From: Dehalococcoidia bacterium
GTDB taxonomy: Bacteria; Actinomycetota; Acidimicrobiia; Acidimicrobiales; MedAcidi-G1
Reading direction: 5' to 3'
Assembly (NCBI GenBank): GCA_002699555.1
Contig: PABN01000042.1
Coordinates: 374 to 64,373 of the forward strand
DNA: 64,000 bases
Numbering within the stretch: position 1 is the stretch's first letter; each line of letters opens with the position of its first letter. Both the position numbers and the translations under genes were made by a program. The notes under the pieces were generated by a model, which was given only the letters and a program-made list of their open reading frames with translations, did no database searches and was not told the origin of the DNA. Of the stretch, positions 40,648-53,392 are shown in pieces.

Positions 40648-42090
40648 CTATTCAATGCCATTACCGCTTTCAGATTCAAGAACTTTTGCAGCTTGAAACA
40701 TCTCTCGCTCTGCCATAGCGGGAGCAAGAATTTGGATCCCTATAGGCATCCCATCCTCTCCAAAACCGAAAGGAACTGACATGGCGGGATGACCTGCGAG
40801 ATTAGAGGGTATTGTGCACACATCCTGCAAATACATCTGCATAGGATCTGCAGTTTTATCACCCAATGGGAAAGCTGTAGTTGGGGCAGTGGGACTTATA
40901 AGAATGTCAAATTTCTCATATGCTTTTGCGAAGTCATTCATTATAAGTGTTCTTACTCTCTGAGATTTGCCGTAGTAGGCGTCGTAATACCCAGCTGAAA
41001 GAGCGTAAGTCCCAAGCATGATCCGACGTTTTACTTCGTCTCCAAAACCTTTTGTGCGAGTAGCTGTCATTGTCTCCGCAGTGGTTGATGCTTCTACTCT
41101 TGGACCAAACCTTATCCCGTCATACCTCGCAAGATTAGAAGATGCTTCTGCAGGTGCTATGACGTAATAAGCGGACAGTCCGTAAATAGAAGCTGGAACC
41201 GAAGCTGATTCAACGGTTGCTCCTGCATTAGAAAAAACTTTTATAGCTTCTTCAACTTTAGAACTGACATCCGGTGAAATTCCCTCTAGGCCTTTTCCTG
41301 ATAGTTCCTCAATCACCCCAATCCTCATACCCTCGATCCCTTGATTTAAAAACCCTGAAATCTCCAGCGGTTTCTCCGGAATTGAAGTGGAATCCCTTGG
41401 ATCATGACCACTAATAACTTCAAGAGTTAAAGCGGCATCAGAAACTGTATTAGCAAATGGACCCACCTGATCAAGACTGGAAGCGAATGCTACAAGTCCA
41501 TAACGAGACACTCTTCCGTATGTGGGCTTAACTCCGACAACACCACAAAGAGCAGCTGGTTGCCTTATGGACCCCCCAGTATCACTACCCAAAGCTAAAG
41601 GAGAAAACCCTGCTGCTACAGCTGCTGCGGAGCCCCCTGATGAACCTCCTGGAACAAGTTCCAAATTATGAGGATTTCTGGTTGGACCAAAGGCAGAATT
41701 CTCTGTTGAAGAACCCATCGCAAACTCATCCAGATTGGTTTTACCTATGATGATCGCTCCTGCTTCTTTAAGTTTTTCGATAACAGTGGCGTTATAAGGG
41801 GGTTTCCATCCTTCTAAGATTTTTGAACTACACGTTGTCTCAACTCCTCGTGTGCAAAGATTGTCTTTAATCGAAATCGGAACTCCTGCTAAAGGGCCCA
41901 AAGTTTCTCCAGAAGCAATTTTTGAATCTATCTCATCAGCATCCATCAAAGCCTGTTCAGCAGTAACAAGATTGAAAGCGTTAACATCAGACTCACTTTC
42001 GTTAATGGTTTCAATATAATTTTCAGCGATTGAGCGGGCACTCACTTCACCAGAAGAAACTTTTTCTACTATTTCTGTTGCCTTCATCAC
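40648..42090 (-). CDS. gatA: Asp/Glu-tRNA amidotransferase subunit A
   Basis: GGSSGGSA, SDTGGSIRQPA, SSNLARYDG, EVKRRIMLGTYALSAGYYDAYY. Confidence 0.98.
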   Translation of the reverse strand: MMKATEIVEKVSSGEVSARSIAENYIETINESESDVNAFNLVTAEQALMDADEIDSKIASGETLGPLAGVPISIKDNLCTRGVETTCSSKILEGWKPPYNATVIEKLKEAGAIIIGKTNLDEFAMGSSTENSAFGPTRNPHNLELVPGGSSGGSAAAVAAGFSPLALGSDTGGSIRQPAALCGVVGVKPTYGRVSRYGLVAFASSLDQVGPFANTVSDAALTLEVISGHDPRDSTSIPEKPLEISGFLNQGIEGMRIGVIEELSGKGLEGISPDVSSKVEEAIKVFSNAGATVESASVPASIYGLSAYYVIAPAEASSNLARYDGIRFGPRVEASTTAETMTATRTKGFGDEVKRRIMLGTYALSAGYYDAYYGKSQRVRTLIMNDFAKAYEKFDILISPTAPTTAFPLGDKTADPMQMYLQDVCTIPSNLAGHPAMSVPFGFGEDGMPIGIQILAPAMAEREMFQAAKVLESESGNGIE

Positions 42091-42386
42091 GATTCCCCCA
42101 GAATCCGAGGAACTCGGAATTGGCCTTCTTCTACCTCTGGAGCTACTTCAATCACTTCTTCGATCGCAAAAACTTCACCAGGGTCATCAATACGTAGAAC
42201 ATTCTTCAAAGGAAAAGGATGCGTACTCGGCTCTACATCATCTACATTTAAAGCTTCTAAATCGGCTGCATGATCTAAAACAGCAGCGAGTTGAGATGTG
42301 AATGCATCCAGCTCATCCTCGCTCAACGCTAGTTGAGCTAAACGTGCCACATGGGCAACTTCTTCACGCGAAATTCTTTGAACCAC
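42087..42386 (-). CDS. gatC: Asp/Glu-tRNA amidotransferase subunit C
   Basis: EVAHVARLA.L, NVLR.D, F.VPRIL; overlaps gatA start. Confidence 0.95.
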   Translation of the reverse strand: MVQRISREEVAHVARLAQLALSEDELDAFTSQLAAVLDHAADLEALNVDDVEPSTHPFPLKNVLRIDDPGEVFAIEEVIEVAPEVEEGQFRVPRILGES

Positions 42387-42424
42387 AGTTCAGAGGGTAG
42401 AGGAGATATAGCCAAACAAGACTT

Positions 42425-44389
42425 TTATCCACTGATTAATTCTATTGGAGTTTCCGGTAATCCCAGAGCAGTGCCTGGAGGTTCTTGCCTCGTGATTAAA
42501 CCTCCTGATGGTCCATCAATTGAAATAGAACGAAATCCAGCTGCAGCTAATCTAGATTCTGCAGCATCGACTGAAAGCCCTACTACATCGGGAATTGGGC
42601 GTGGCTCAGGTCCAGTCGAGACCAATATTTCAACCTCTGAACCACCTCTAACAGAACTCTGTGATGGAGGTTCAAAGGCTACTACATAACCTTTTGGGAC
42701 AAATTCGTCCCTTACTCCAATGCGGCGTGAAACTAGTCCTAAAGTTTCTAATGCTGCTTCCACTTCGGACACCGCGCGTCCTTCTAAGCCAATTGGAATC
42801 ACTACTGGAACTCTCCCATCAGAGACAAGCAAATCAACACTTCCTCCTAGAGGGAGCTCGTTAATAGGCGCAAGGACATCGACGATCATCCCAGCTTCGA
42901 TAGTTTCACTGTAAGAATACGAGATCTCACCCACTTGCAAGCCAGCTGACTGGATCAGCCTTTCTGCGCCGGGAAGACTCTTACCTACTAAGTCAATAGG
43001 TATCTGAACTCGTTCTGCTCCAAGAGAAATAACTATCACTACAGTCTCATTCTCTTCTAGAGCTGTCCCTCCAACGGGTTCAGTCGACAACACCTCACCT
43101 TCAACTGTGTTGTCAAGACGGTCAAAACGCTCTTCCACATTCCATCCAAGCGCAACAATTAATTCTCGCGCACTCTCTCCTGAAGAACCTACTAATTGAG
43201 GCAGGGTTCTTGATTCTGTTTTCGTTGCTTCCCACAAAAAAGCTCCAACAGCAGTCACAGCAACCACTAAAAAGCTTGCAATCAAACCATTTATCCAACG
43301 TCGTCTCGACGGCTTTGTCGAACCAGTTTGTTGAGGTTCGGAATCTGGTTCAAATGACACAGTTTTCATTCGTTCTGTAGGTCGATCAGGTGCAGAGGAA
43401 ACACTTGCAGGCACTAGAGGTTCTTCACCAGACAGAGGATCTGCACCCACCTCTCCCGGACCAACAAAAGGTAGAGGCTCTGGACGAGCCATTTGACTCG
43501 CAATATCAAGCAGCATCCTTCCTAGTTCTCCTGCAGTAGGTCTTTCTTCTGCGCTAGCGGAACCAGCTCTTTGGACTATTGGTGACAGAGCACCCAAACT
43601 TTCGGGAATTGGCACATCTTGACCTTCTCTTGCTCTTAATGTCCCTAGGACCGTATTCTCAACAAAAGGAAGGTGTCCTGTGGATGCTTCGACGATACAC
43701 AAAGCCAAAGAATAGATGTCAGACTTAACTCCTAGAGTAAGTCCGCTGGCTTGTTCAGGCGAAGCGTACCGAGCAGTACCCACATAGCCGCGTAAACCAC
43801 CCAATTCGTCTAGTTGTGGCCCAGAATTAGAAATTTCTGCTTGAGTTGCATCTGCTAGTGCGGCTGCTAATCCAAAATCTGCAATTCGCAAATGGCCATC
43901 TTGACCAAATAAAAGATTTGCAGGTTTAAGATCCCGATGAATTATTCCTTGTGCATGAGCGTGATCGAGAGCTCTGCATGCTTCAAGACTGATTTGCAAT
44001 ATTTGTGAAGGGCTGAGAGTTCTTCCACTATCTAAAATACTTCTAAGGCTCCCACCGCCTAAGTATTCAGTTACCAGATAGGCCTGATCATCAACTCCCC
44101 AGTCAAAAACTCTCACTGTGTGGGAACTTGCAAGCGAAGCCGCAACTTTGGCTTCTGTTTTAAATCGTTCTACGAATCCTGGATATTGGGCAAGCTGAGT
44201 GTGTAGAACTTTGACTGCTACTTGACGATCCAAACTTAAATCAGTAGCTAGGTAAACAGAACCAGACCCTCCAGTTCCTACAACATTTTGAAGTCTGTAT
44301 CTACCACCAAAAGTGCGACCAGACATATTCTGAGGACCCCAAGAATTTCCTTTGCCAAAAGATCCAGTATCTCTTCGTTTTTCTACCAC
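42425..44389 (-). CDS. Hanks-type Ser/Thr kinase with TM helix and PASTA repeats (PknB/PknL-like)
   Basis: GTGGSGSVY, VAVK, HRDLKPANLL, DFG, YASPEQ, one TM helix, about 4 PASTA-like repeats (LPQLVG, PDVVG). Confidence 0.92.
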   Translation of the reverse strand: MVEKRRDTGSFGKGNSWGPQNMSGRTFGGRYRLQNVVGTGGSGSVYLATDLSLDRQVAVKVLHTQLAQYPGFVERFKTEAKVAASLASSHTVRVFDWGVDDQAYLVTEYLGGGSLRSILDSGRTLSPSQILQISLEACRALDHAHAQGIIHRDLKPANLLFGQDGHLRIADFGLAAALADATQAEISNSGPQLDELGGLRGYVGTARYASPEQASGLTLGVKSDIYSLALCIVEASTGHLPFVENTVLGTLRAREGQDVPIPESLGALSPIVQRAGSASAEERPTAGELGRMLLDIASQMARPEPLPFVGPGEVGADPLSGEEPLVPASVSSAPDRPTERMKTVSFEPDSEPQQTGSTKPSRRRWINGLIASFLVVAVTAVGAFLWEATKTESRTLPQLVGSSGESARELIVALGWNVEERFDRLDNTVEGEVLSTEPVGGTALEENETVVIVISLGAERVQIPIDLVGKSLPGAERLIQSAGLQVGEISYSYSETIEAGMIVDVLAPINELPLGGSVDLLVSDGRVPVVIPIGLEGRAVSEVEAALETLGLVSRRIGVRDEFVPKGYVVAFEPPSQSSVRGGSEVEILVSTGPEPRPIPDVVGLSVDAAESRLAAAGFRSISIDGPSGGLITRQEPPGTALGLPETPIELISG

Positions 44390-44424
44390 ATGTAAAGGTT
44401 ACCTCTAGGTAGCCTTTACATGTG
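44387..44424. repeat. 38-bp near-perfect palindrome forming a bidirectional leaderless promoter
   Basis: CACATGTAAAGGTTACCT-CT-AGGTAGCCTTTACATGTG; 17 of 18 positions pair; the ends are the two divergent GTG starts. Confidence 0.85.
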
Positions 44425-44835
44425 ACGCGTCGCAACTCAATTATTATCTGCTTTCTTCTTGTTCTAGGGATAGCCGTACTGGTCTTAGCCGGACTTATTG
44501 CTGACGGCGATGACAATGACATCGTATTAAACTCAAATCCCGGAGTATTAGAACTAATACCAAGTCGCGGTGACGAAGTAATCGCTCAGACAAATGTAGG
44601 AGTTGTCTTTTCATCTACTTGGACGGGCGAAATTATTAGTATCGGAGATACGCAAATCCCTCTTGATCAACAAAGAATTGAACCTGCTTTAAATTCAGTT
44701 GTTTTTAGACCTGAAGCTGGAAAAATTATTGAGCGGCTACCACCTGGAGATATTTGTGCTTCCGTCGTCTACTGGGAGGTTCAAACACCGAGTAGACGAT
44801 CAAGCTTAAGTTGGTGCTTCCGAGTCATCGGATAA
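44422..44835 (+). CDS. Hypothetical membrane-anchored/secreted protein
   Basis: N-terminal TM/signal, beta-rich body with two Cys; TAGCCT box 6 nt before GTG. Confidence 0.7.
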   Translation: MTRRNSIIICFLLVLGIAVLVLAGLIADGDDNDIVLNSNPGVLELIPSRGDEVIAQTNVGVVFSSTWTGEIISIGDTQIPLDQQRIEPALNSVVFRPEAGKIIERLPPGDICASVVYWEVQTPSRRSSLSWCFRVIG

Positions 44836-44839
44836 AAAT

Positions 44840-47869
<3,030 letters not shown>

Positions 47870-48898
47870 TCAGACAGCAATTGCTCCGCCTACGACTTGG
47901 TTATCTTCATAGAAAACAAGACTTTGCCCTGAAGCGACTATCGAGTGGGCTTCGTTCCATGTGAGTACATTGTCTTCAATATTCGCTAATTTTGGCTTCC
48001 CATGCGCACTTGTTTGTACTAGGAATTCACCGTTAATCTCATTTGCAGCCCACAAAGTGTTTCGGAATTCTGTTTGCTCAACTAACAGTTGATCAGGGGT
48101 TCCTACAGTTACTGTTGCTGATTCAATGTCAATATTATTCGCGTATCTCGGTTCTTTGCCCCCTGCTAGAAGCATTCCTCGCCTCTGACCAACAGTAACT
48201 AATTCTATTGCTTCTACTCGACCTACTTCGGATCCGCTTTCATCTACTACTCTCCCAGGAGTCAAAGGGATCCTTTGCCCAAGAAAGTCAGCTCTTCCCT
48301 TTTCACGAGTAATAAAACAGACATCTTGGCTATCAGGCTTGGTCGCGACCCTAAACCCTAAACTGTCTGCTTTCTCTCTGACTTGATCTTTAGTCATCTC
48401 TCCGACAGGAAGATGCAATGAAGAAATCTGGCTTTGATTCAACATGTACAGAACGTAAGACTGATCTTTTGCTTCATCTACTGCCCTTGCGATCCGGAAG
48501 GTATCATCTTTTTGCTTCACTATCCGAGCATGATGGCCTGTAACTATTTTCTCGAAACCTAATGATTTTGCTCTGTTCATAAGACGATCAAATTTAATAT
48601 GCCTATTGCATTCGATACATGGATTTGGAGTTAAACCTAATGAGTGAGCTTCAACATAAGGAGCTACTACATGTTCATCAAAATCGTCTCCCAGATTGAA
48701 AACATGATGCTCTATACCTAGTGAATCAGCTACTCTCCTCGCATCATCTACGTCCGAGACTGAGCAGCAACCAGAGTCAGAATCTCCTCCCCAGAGTTTA
48801 AGTGTTACTCCAACCACCTCATCCCCGTTCTCACAGGAGAGAGCAGCTGCGACTGATGAATCAACACCTCCTGACATAGCGACCATTACTCGTGTCAT
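47870..48898 (-). CDS. mnmA: tRNA 2-thiouridylase
   Basis: AMSGGVDS, GCC, TPNPCIECN, KDQSYVL, DSQDVCF. Confidence 0.96.
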   Translation of the reverse strand: MTRVMVAMSGGVDSSVAAALSCENGDEVVGVTLKLWGGDSDSGCCSVSDVDDARRVADSLGIEHHVFNLGDDFDEHVVAPYVEAHSLGLTPNPCIECNRHIKFDRLMNRAKSLGFEKIVTGHHARIVKQKDDTFRIARAVDEAKDQSYVLYMLNQSQISSLHLPVGEMTKDQVREKADSLGFRVATKPDSQDVCFITREKGRADFLGQRIPLTPGRVVDESGSEVGRVEAIELVTVGQRRGMLLAGGKEPRYANNIDIESATVTVGTPDQLLVEQTEFRNTLWAANEINGEFLVQTSAHGKPKLANIEDNVLTWNEAHSIVASGQSLVFYEDNQVVGGAIAV

Positions 48899-50031
48899 TT
48901 TTGAAACTCTCGTAGTTGGTCAACAGCATCAGGAACAACTGTTACTGCATGTTCTATTTCTTCATCGGTTGTAGCTTGGCCTAACGAAAATCTGATTGAA
49001 CCTCCAGCTGTTTTGAGATCTACACCCATTGCTTGTAAAACATGTGATGCCTCTTGTGCCCCACTCGCACATGATGAAGCTGCACTCGCATATATGCCTT
49101 GATTTTCTAAGAGGAAAAGTAGTGCTTCGTTTTCTATGTTTTCAAAACAAAGATGTGCTATTCCAGGCGTTCTAGGTGTTTCTTTCGGCAAGGTGCGGCT
49201 GGTACCAGCAATTTTATCTATTAATCCGTTTTCCAGCTTGTCTCTCAACTCAGTAACTCGTTCATTTATCTTTGGTCGTTCAATCTGCATTAGGCGAGCT
49301 GCTTCTCCGAGCCCAACGATCGCCGGAACATTCTGGGTCCCGCTTCGTCTTTCTCTCTCCTGCCCGCCGCCACGGATTACAGGAGATAATTTGACACCTT
49401 CTCTTAGGACCAAAGCTCCTGCACCTTTCGGGCCACCAAATTTATGCCCGGTAAGACTTATTAAGTGTGCCTTTTTTGAAGATTCAGCGATATCAAGCCA
49501 TGAAGTCGCTTGAACTGCATCTGTGTGAATCATAATTTCTGGCGCTTTCTCTGATATTAAATCCGCGATTGTATTGATGTTATTTATTACTCCAGTTTCA
49601 TTATTAGCCATCATGACCGAAATTAAAGAAATATCGGCGAAAGAATCTAAAAGATTAGACAAACTTTCGAGATCAACTCTTCCAGTTTTATCTGTAGGTG
49701 CCACTATCCCTCCAGATTCTCTGACAGGTTCAAGCACTGCAGGGTGTTCGGTTGCAGAACACAGAGCCTTACCGCCTTTGAGACCGAGGATGCCGTCAAT
49801 TGCCAGATTATCTGACTCCGTTCCTCCGCTCGTGAAAATAACATTTCCCGGTTCCGCTCCAACTAGTGAAGCTACGTGATCTCGCGCGTCATCAATAGCT
49901 CTGCGTGCTTCTCGTGCTAAACGATGAGACCCCGATGGGTTTCCTGGATGCATCGAAAGCCACGGCATCATTTCTTGGACAACTTCTTCTCGCACCGGTG
50001 TGCTAGCAGCGTGATCGAGATATATATCCAT
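48895..50031 (-). CDS. iscS: Cysteine desulfurase (IscS/NifS type)
   Basis: YLDHAASTP, TSGGTESDN, HTDAVQ, GHKFGGPKG, ASSCASG; overlaps mnmA start. Confidence 0.93.
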   Translation of the reverse strand: MDIYLDHAASTPVREEVVQEMMPWLSMHPGNPSGSHRLAREARRAIDDARDHVASLVGAEPGNVIFTSGGTESDNLAIDGILGLKGGKALCSATEHPAVLEPVRESGGIVAPTDKTGRVDLESLSNLLDSFADISLISVMMANNETGVINNINTIADLISEKAPEIMIHTDAVQATSWLDIAESSKKAHLISLTGHKFGGPKGAGALVLREGVKLSPVIRGGGQERERRSGTQNVPAIVGLGEAARLMQIERPKINERVTELRDKLENGLIDKIAGTSRTLPKETPRTPGIAHLCFENIENEALLFLLENQGIYASAASSCASGAQEASHVLQAMGVDLKTAGGSIRFSLGQATTDEEIEHAVTVVPDAVDQLREFQK

Positions 50032-50087
50032 TCTTTTAGGTTAAAGGGAACTGCTTTACTAGCAAAAAATCGGCATAATTAAGATCT

Positions 50088-50525
50088 ATGTTTATAAGAA
50101 TTGTTCAGGAAATTGAAGCCCCTCCAGAGGTGGTTTGGAATGCTATTTCGAATATTCAAACGCATGTTAATTGGATGGCAGATGCCTCAAAGATACGGAT
50201 CACCTCGGAACAAACTCAAGGTGTGGGTACAACTTTCGATTGTGATACAAAAGTCGGTCCTCTAAGAACAACTGACAAGATGCAAGTTACCGATTGGGTT
50301 CCGAATCAAATATTGAGTATTAGTCACAAGGGCCTCGTTGAAGGGAAAGGCAGTTTCATTCTTGAAAAACCATCAGAAGGTAGAACACTATTTGTCTGGG
50401 AGGAAAATCTAGATTTCCCAATTTTTCTGGGTGGTAAAATTACTGAATTTATTGCAAAACCTGTGCTCAAAAAAATTTGGAGAGGGAATCTTTACAAATT
50501 AAAACAACTTGTCGAGAAGCCCTAG
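50088..50525 (+). CDS. SRPBCC family protein
   Basis: I.APPEVVWN, W..DA, GVGT.F, C-terminal helix ending NL..LKQLVE. Confidence 0.85.
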   Translation: MFIRIVQEIEAPPEVVWNAISNIQTHVNWMADASKIRITSEQTQGVGTTFDCDTKVGPLRTTDKMQVTDWVPNQILSISHKGLVEGKGSFILEKPSEGRTLFVWEENLDFPIFLGGKITEFIAKPVLKKIWRGNLYKLKQLVEKP

Positions 50526-50537
50526 AACATTACTTCA

Positions 50538-51440
50538 TTAACCCAATATTGGGTCATACCAATAATTTGAAGCCCAAATGCAAGAGAAACCAAAAGCAAC
50601 TGCGATTATTAATGGGAGTACAAGTCTTGAATAGCCTGAGATGCTTTTTTTGTTCATCTCATCAATCAGCCAACCAATAAGCAGGCCACCAATAAGACCT
50701 CCTAAATGACCACCAACTGAGATATTGGGTCGAGCAAAAGTAAAGATCAAATTTATGATTAGCAGGCTTCCAATCCCATTTGACCAAGGACTCACGCCTC
50801 TACGGAATTGATAAATTACAGTTGCACCCATTAATCCAAACACCGCTCCAGAAGCTCCAACAGTTAAAGCAAGAGGGTCAAGCAACATAACCCCCAAAGC
50901 TCCAGACAATAAAGAACCAAAATATAGAGTTAAATAACTTGCTGTTCCTAATAGTCTTTCTAATTGACTTCCCAGCATCCATAGGAGAAACATGTTGAAA
51001 GCAAGATGTATGACGCCTGCATGCAAAAAGCCTCCTGTGAACATTCTCCACCATTCACCTTCAGCGATACCTACATAATCAATTGAAAATGGAGATAGAA
51101 CTCGACCATATCCAACTAGACCAAAATCAATAGTTATATCTCCACCTCCCGAAGCTAATGACCCACCTTTGAAAAGGGTTGCGAAAAAAGCCACGAGGTT
51201 AACTGCTATAAGACACCTTGTAGTTAATGACTGCTCAGAAATATGCTCAACTCGATGACCAAAACCTACTGGTGAGCGGCCTTGCCTTCGAGAATGGATA
51301 TTCCGAGGTGCTATACACGCAGGACAATGAAAACCTACAGATGCGGTATGCATGCATTCGGCACAAACTCGACGCTCACAACGTTGACAAGTAACGCCTG
51401 CATATCTATCAGGATGCCAATAACAATTGTTGTTAGTCAT
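50538..51440 (-). CDS. Rhomboid intramembrane protease with N-terminal B-box-like Zn finger
   Basis: CYWHPDR...CQRC...C..C...GFHCPAC; WR, HLAFNM, GASG, GHLGG. Confidence 0.93.
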   Translation of the reverse strand: MTNNNCYWHPDRYAGVTCQRCERRVCAECMHTASVGFHCPACIAPRNIHSRRQGRSPVGFGHRVEHISEQSLTTRCLIAVNLVAFFATLFKGGSLASGGGDITIDFGLVGYGRVLSPFSIDYVGIAEGEWWRMFTGGFLHAGVIHLAFNMFLLWMLGSQLERLLGTASYLTLYFGSLLSGALGVMLLDPLALTVGASGAVFGLMGATVIYQFRRGVSPWSNGIGSLLIINLIFTFARPNISVGGHLGGLIGGLLIGWLIDEMNKKSISGYSRLVLPLIIAVAFGFSCIWASNYWYDPILG

Positions 51441-51447
51441 TTTCTTC

Positions 51448-51747
51448 CTAAAGAGTTACTGCCGTTCCTTCATCTGAAATAGCCTCACCTAAATTGTGAA
51501 CAGAGGTTATTCCCGGAACTCTTTCTTTCAGCACTCTTTCTATTCCAGCTTTCATTGTTTGATCTGATGCATCACAACTCACACATGCACCGATCAATTC
51601 AACAGTAACTTCTCCAGTTTGCTCATTCACCCCATGCAACAGGACATCACCTTCGTCTGCTTGAAGCACAGGTCTTATAAATTCTATTGCGTCTCTTACG
51701 AGAGTTTCTAGGTCTTTATCGGATTCTCCTACTGAAAGATTTGTCAT
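51448..51747 (-). CDS. NifU/NfuA-like Fe-S carrier domain protein
   Basis: IRPVLQADEGDV, LIGACVSC..S..TMKAGIER; start moved to ATG 51747 to avoid overlap with the divergent small gene. Confidence 0.88.
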   Translation of the reverse strand: MTNLSVGESDKDLETLVRDAIEFIRPVLQADEGDVLLHGVNEQTGEVTVELIGACVSCDASDQTMKAGIERVLKERVPGITSVHNLGEAISDEGTAVTL

Positions 51748-51815
51748 ATCTATAGTTTCGCAGGAGTATTGGCGGACTACACCTACTTCTACAAGATTGA
51801 CAATATTCTTAAATA

Positions 51816-51998
51816 ATGAAATTTGAACTTCTTCTTTTAGGTCATCAAGGTGGCTGGGATGAAATTCTTCTCGTTTTAGCACCTTTAAGTTTGATCGCAT
51901 GGCTGCTATGGGCGGCTAACCGTAAAGCTGAAAAAATAGATCCAGAAAAAAAGTCAGATTTTGGAGCAGAAAACGATTCTAAATATCCTGGTGATTAA
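51816..51998 (+). CDS. Small single-TM hypothetical protein
   Basis: GHQGGWDEILLVLAPL..IAWLLWAANRKA; TATTCT box exactly 6 nt before ATG. Confidence 0.65.
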   Translation: MKFELLLLGHQGGWDEILLVLAPLSLIAWLLWAANRKAEKIDPEKKSDFGAENDSKYPGD

Positions 51999-53298
51999 CT
52001 AATTCGATTTTTGCCCCTAAAGAACTTAAATTGCCCACTAAATTCTGATAACCACGTTCTATGTGACTTGCAGAACCGACCAAAGTTTCCCCTTCAGCAG
52101 CCAAACCTGCCAAAACCAGTGCAGCGCCTGCTCTTATATCGGGAGCTCTAACAGGTGCTCCTGAAAGTCTCTCTACTCCGCGAACAACAGCATGGTGTCC
52201 TTCTGCTCTTATATCTGCGCCCATTCTGATCAACTCGTCAATATACCGGAACCTTCCAGCAAAAATATTTTCTGTTACAATCCCCACCCCCTCTGAAATT
52301 GATAAAAGAGCAACCATAAATGGCTTGTAATCAGTGGCAACACCGGGGTAAGGCAATGTGGCTAGATCCACTGATCGCAACCTCTTAGAGACACACACAC
52401 TAATTCCGCCATCGACTTGACCAATCTCTATTCCCATCTCATGCAACTTTTCAGCGAGCATCTCCATATGTTCTAATCGTGCTTCTTCGATAACTATTTG
52501 ACCCCCTGCCATACCTAAGGCAGCCATATAAGTTGCAGCCTCAATTCGATCGGGTATCACGGTATGTTCAACGGGTGATAAATTACCGACTCCCTCAATT
52601 TGGATAGTAGAGGTTCCTTCTCCTGTGATTTGAGCACCCATAGAATTTAAGAAATAAACTAGATCGACTATTTCAGGTTCGCGTGCAGCATTTTCTATAA
52701 CTGTTCTTCCTTCAGCTAATACTGCTGCCATAAGTAAATTTTCAGTAGCACCAACGCTTGGGAAATTAAGTAATACTTTGCCTCCAACTAGCTTTTCCGC
52801 TTCGCCTTCTATATATCCGTGGCTATTAGTAAAGGAGGCCCCTAACTCTTCTAAACCTTTTAGGTGCATATCTATGGGTCTATGTCCGAAATCATCCCCG
52901 CCTGGTACAGATACTTTTGCTTTACCAAATCTTGCTAATAGAGGCCCTAAGACCACTATGGAAGCTCTCATTCTCTCCACTAGTTCATACGGCGCTATTG
53001 GGGTCATTTCTTCAGGAATCTCTATTTGCATCACATCTTTTTGGTGTGAAATTGAAGCACCCATTGTTTCCAACAGATTGGCCATCCATTTAACATCAGC
53101 TATATGTGGGACATTATTAAGTACATATTTTCCAGGTGCTAGTAGTGAGGCTGCCATTATTTTTAATACAGAATTTTTCGCTCCAGATACTCTTACTGTC
53201 CCGGATAAACCTGTCGACTGCTGGACGCGAACAACCGAACCTTCCTCGTTATGTGAAGAAGTTGTTCCAAATTCATAGGAAAAAGAATTACTTGCCAC
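51979..53298 (-). CDS. murA: UDP-N-acetylglucosamine 1-carboxyvinyltransferase
   Basis: SGAKNS, MRASI.VLGPL, PGGDDFGHRPID.H, SVGATEN, DIRAGAAL. Confidence 0.97.
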   Translation of the reverse strand: MASNSFSYEFGTTSSHNEEGSVVRVQQSTGLSGTVRVSGAKNSVLKIMAASLLAPGKYVLNNVPHIADVKWMANLLETMGASISHQKDVMQIEIPEEMTPIAPYELVERMRASIVVLGPLLARFGKAKVSVPGGDDFGHRPIDMHLKGLEELGASFTNSHGYIEGEAEKLVGGKVLLNFPSVGATENLLMAAVLAEGRTVIENAAREPEIVDLVYFLNSMGAQITGEGTSTIQIEGVGNLSPVEHTVIPDRIEAATYMAALGMAGGQIVIEEARLEHMEMLAEKLHEMGIEIGQVDGGISVCVSKRLRSVDLATLPYPGVATDYKPFMVALLSISEGVGIVTENIFAGRFRYIDELIRMGADIRAEGHHAVVRGVERLSGAPVRAPDIRAGAALVLAGLAAEGETLVGSASHIERGYQNLVGNLSSLGAKIELVNHQDI

Positions 53299-53392
53299 GA
53301 TTTAAGTATGCTTCGCTGTCGACAGAGTTTGCGTTCACATGCAATTATTCAAGCAAAAACATTTAATTTGATACGAGGAAACTAGGAAAATC

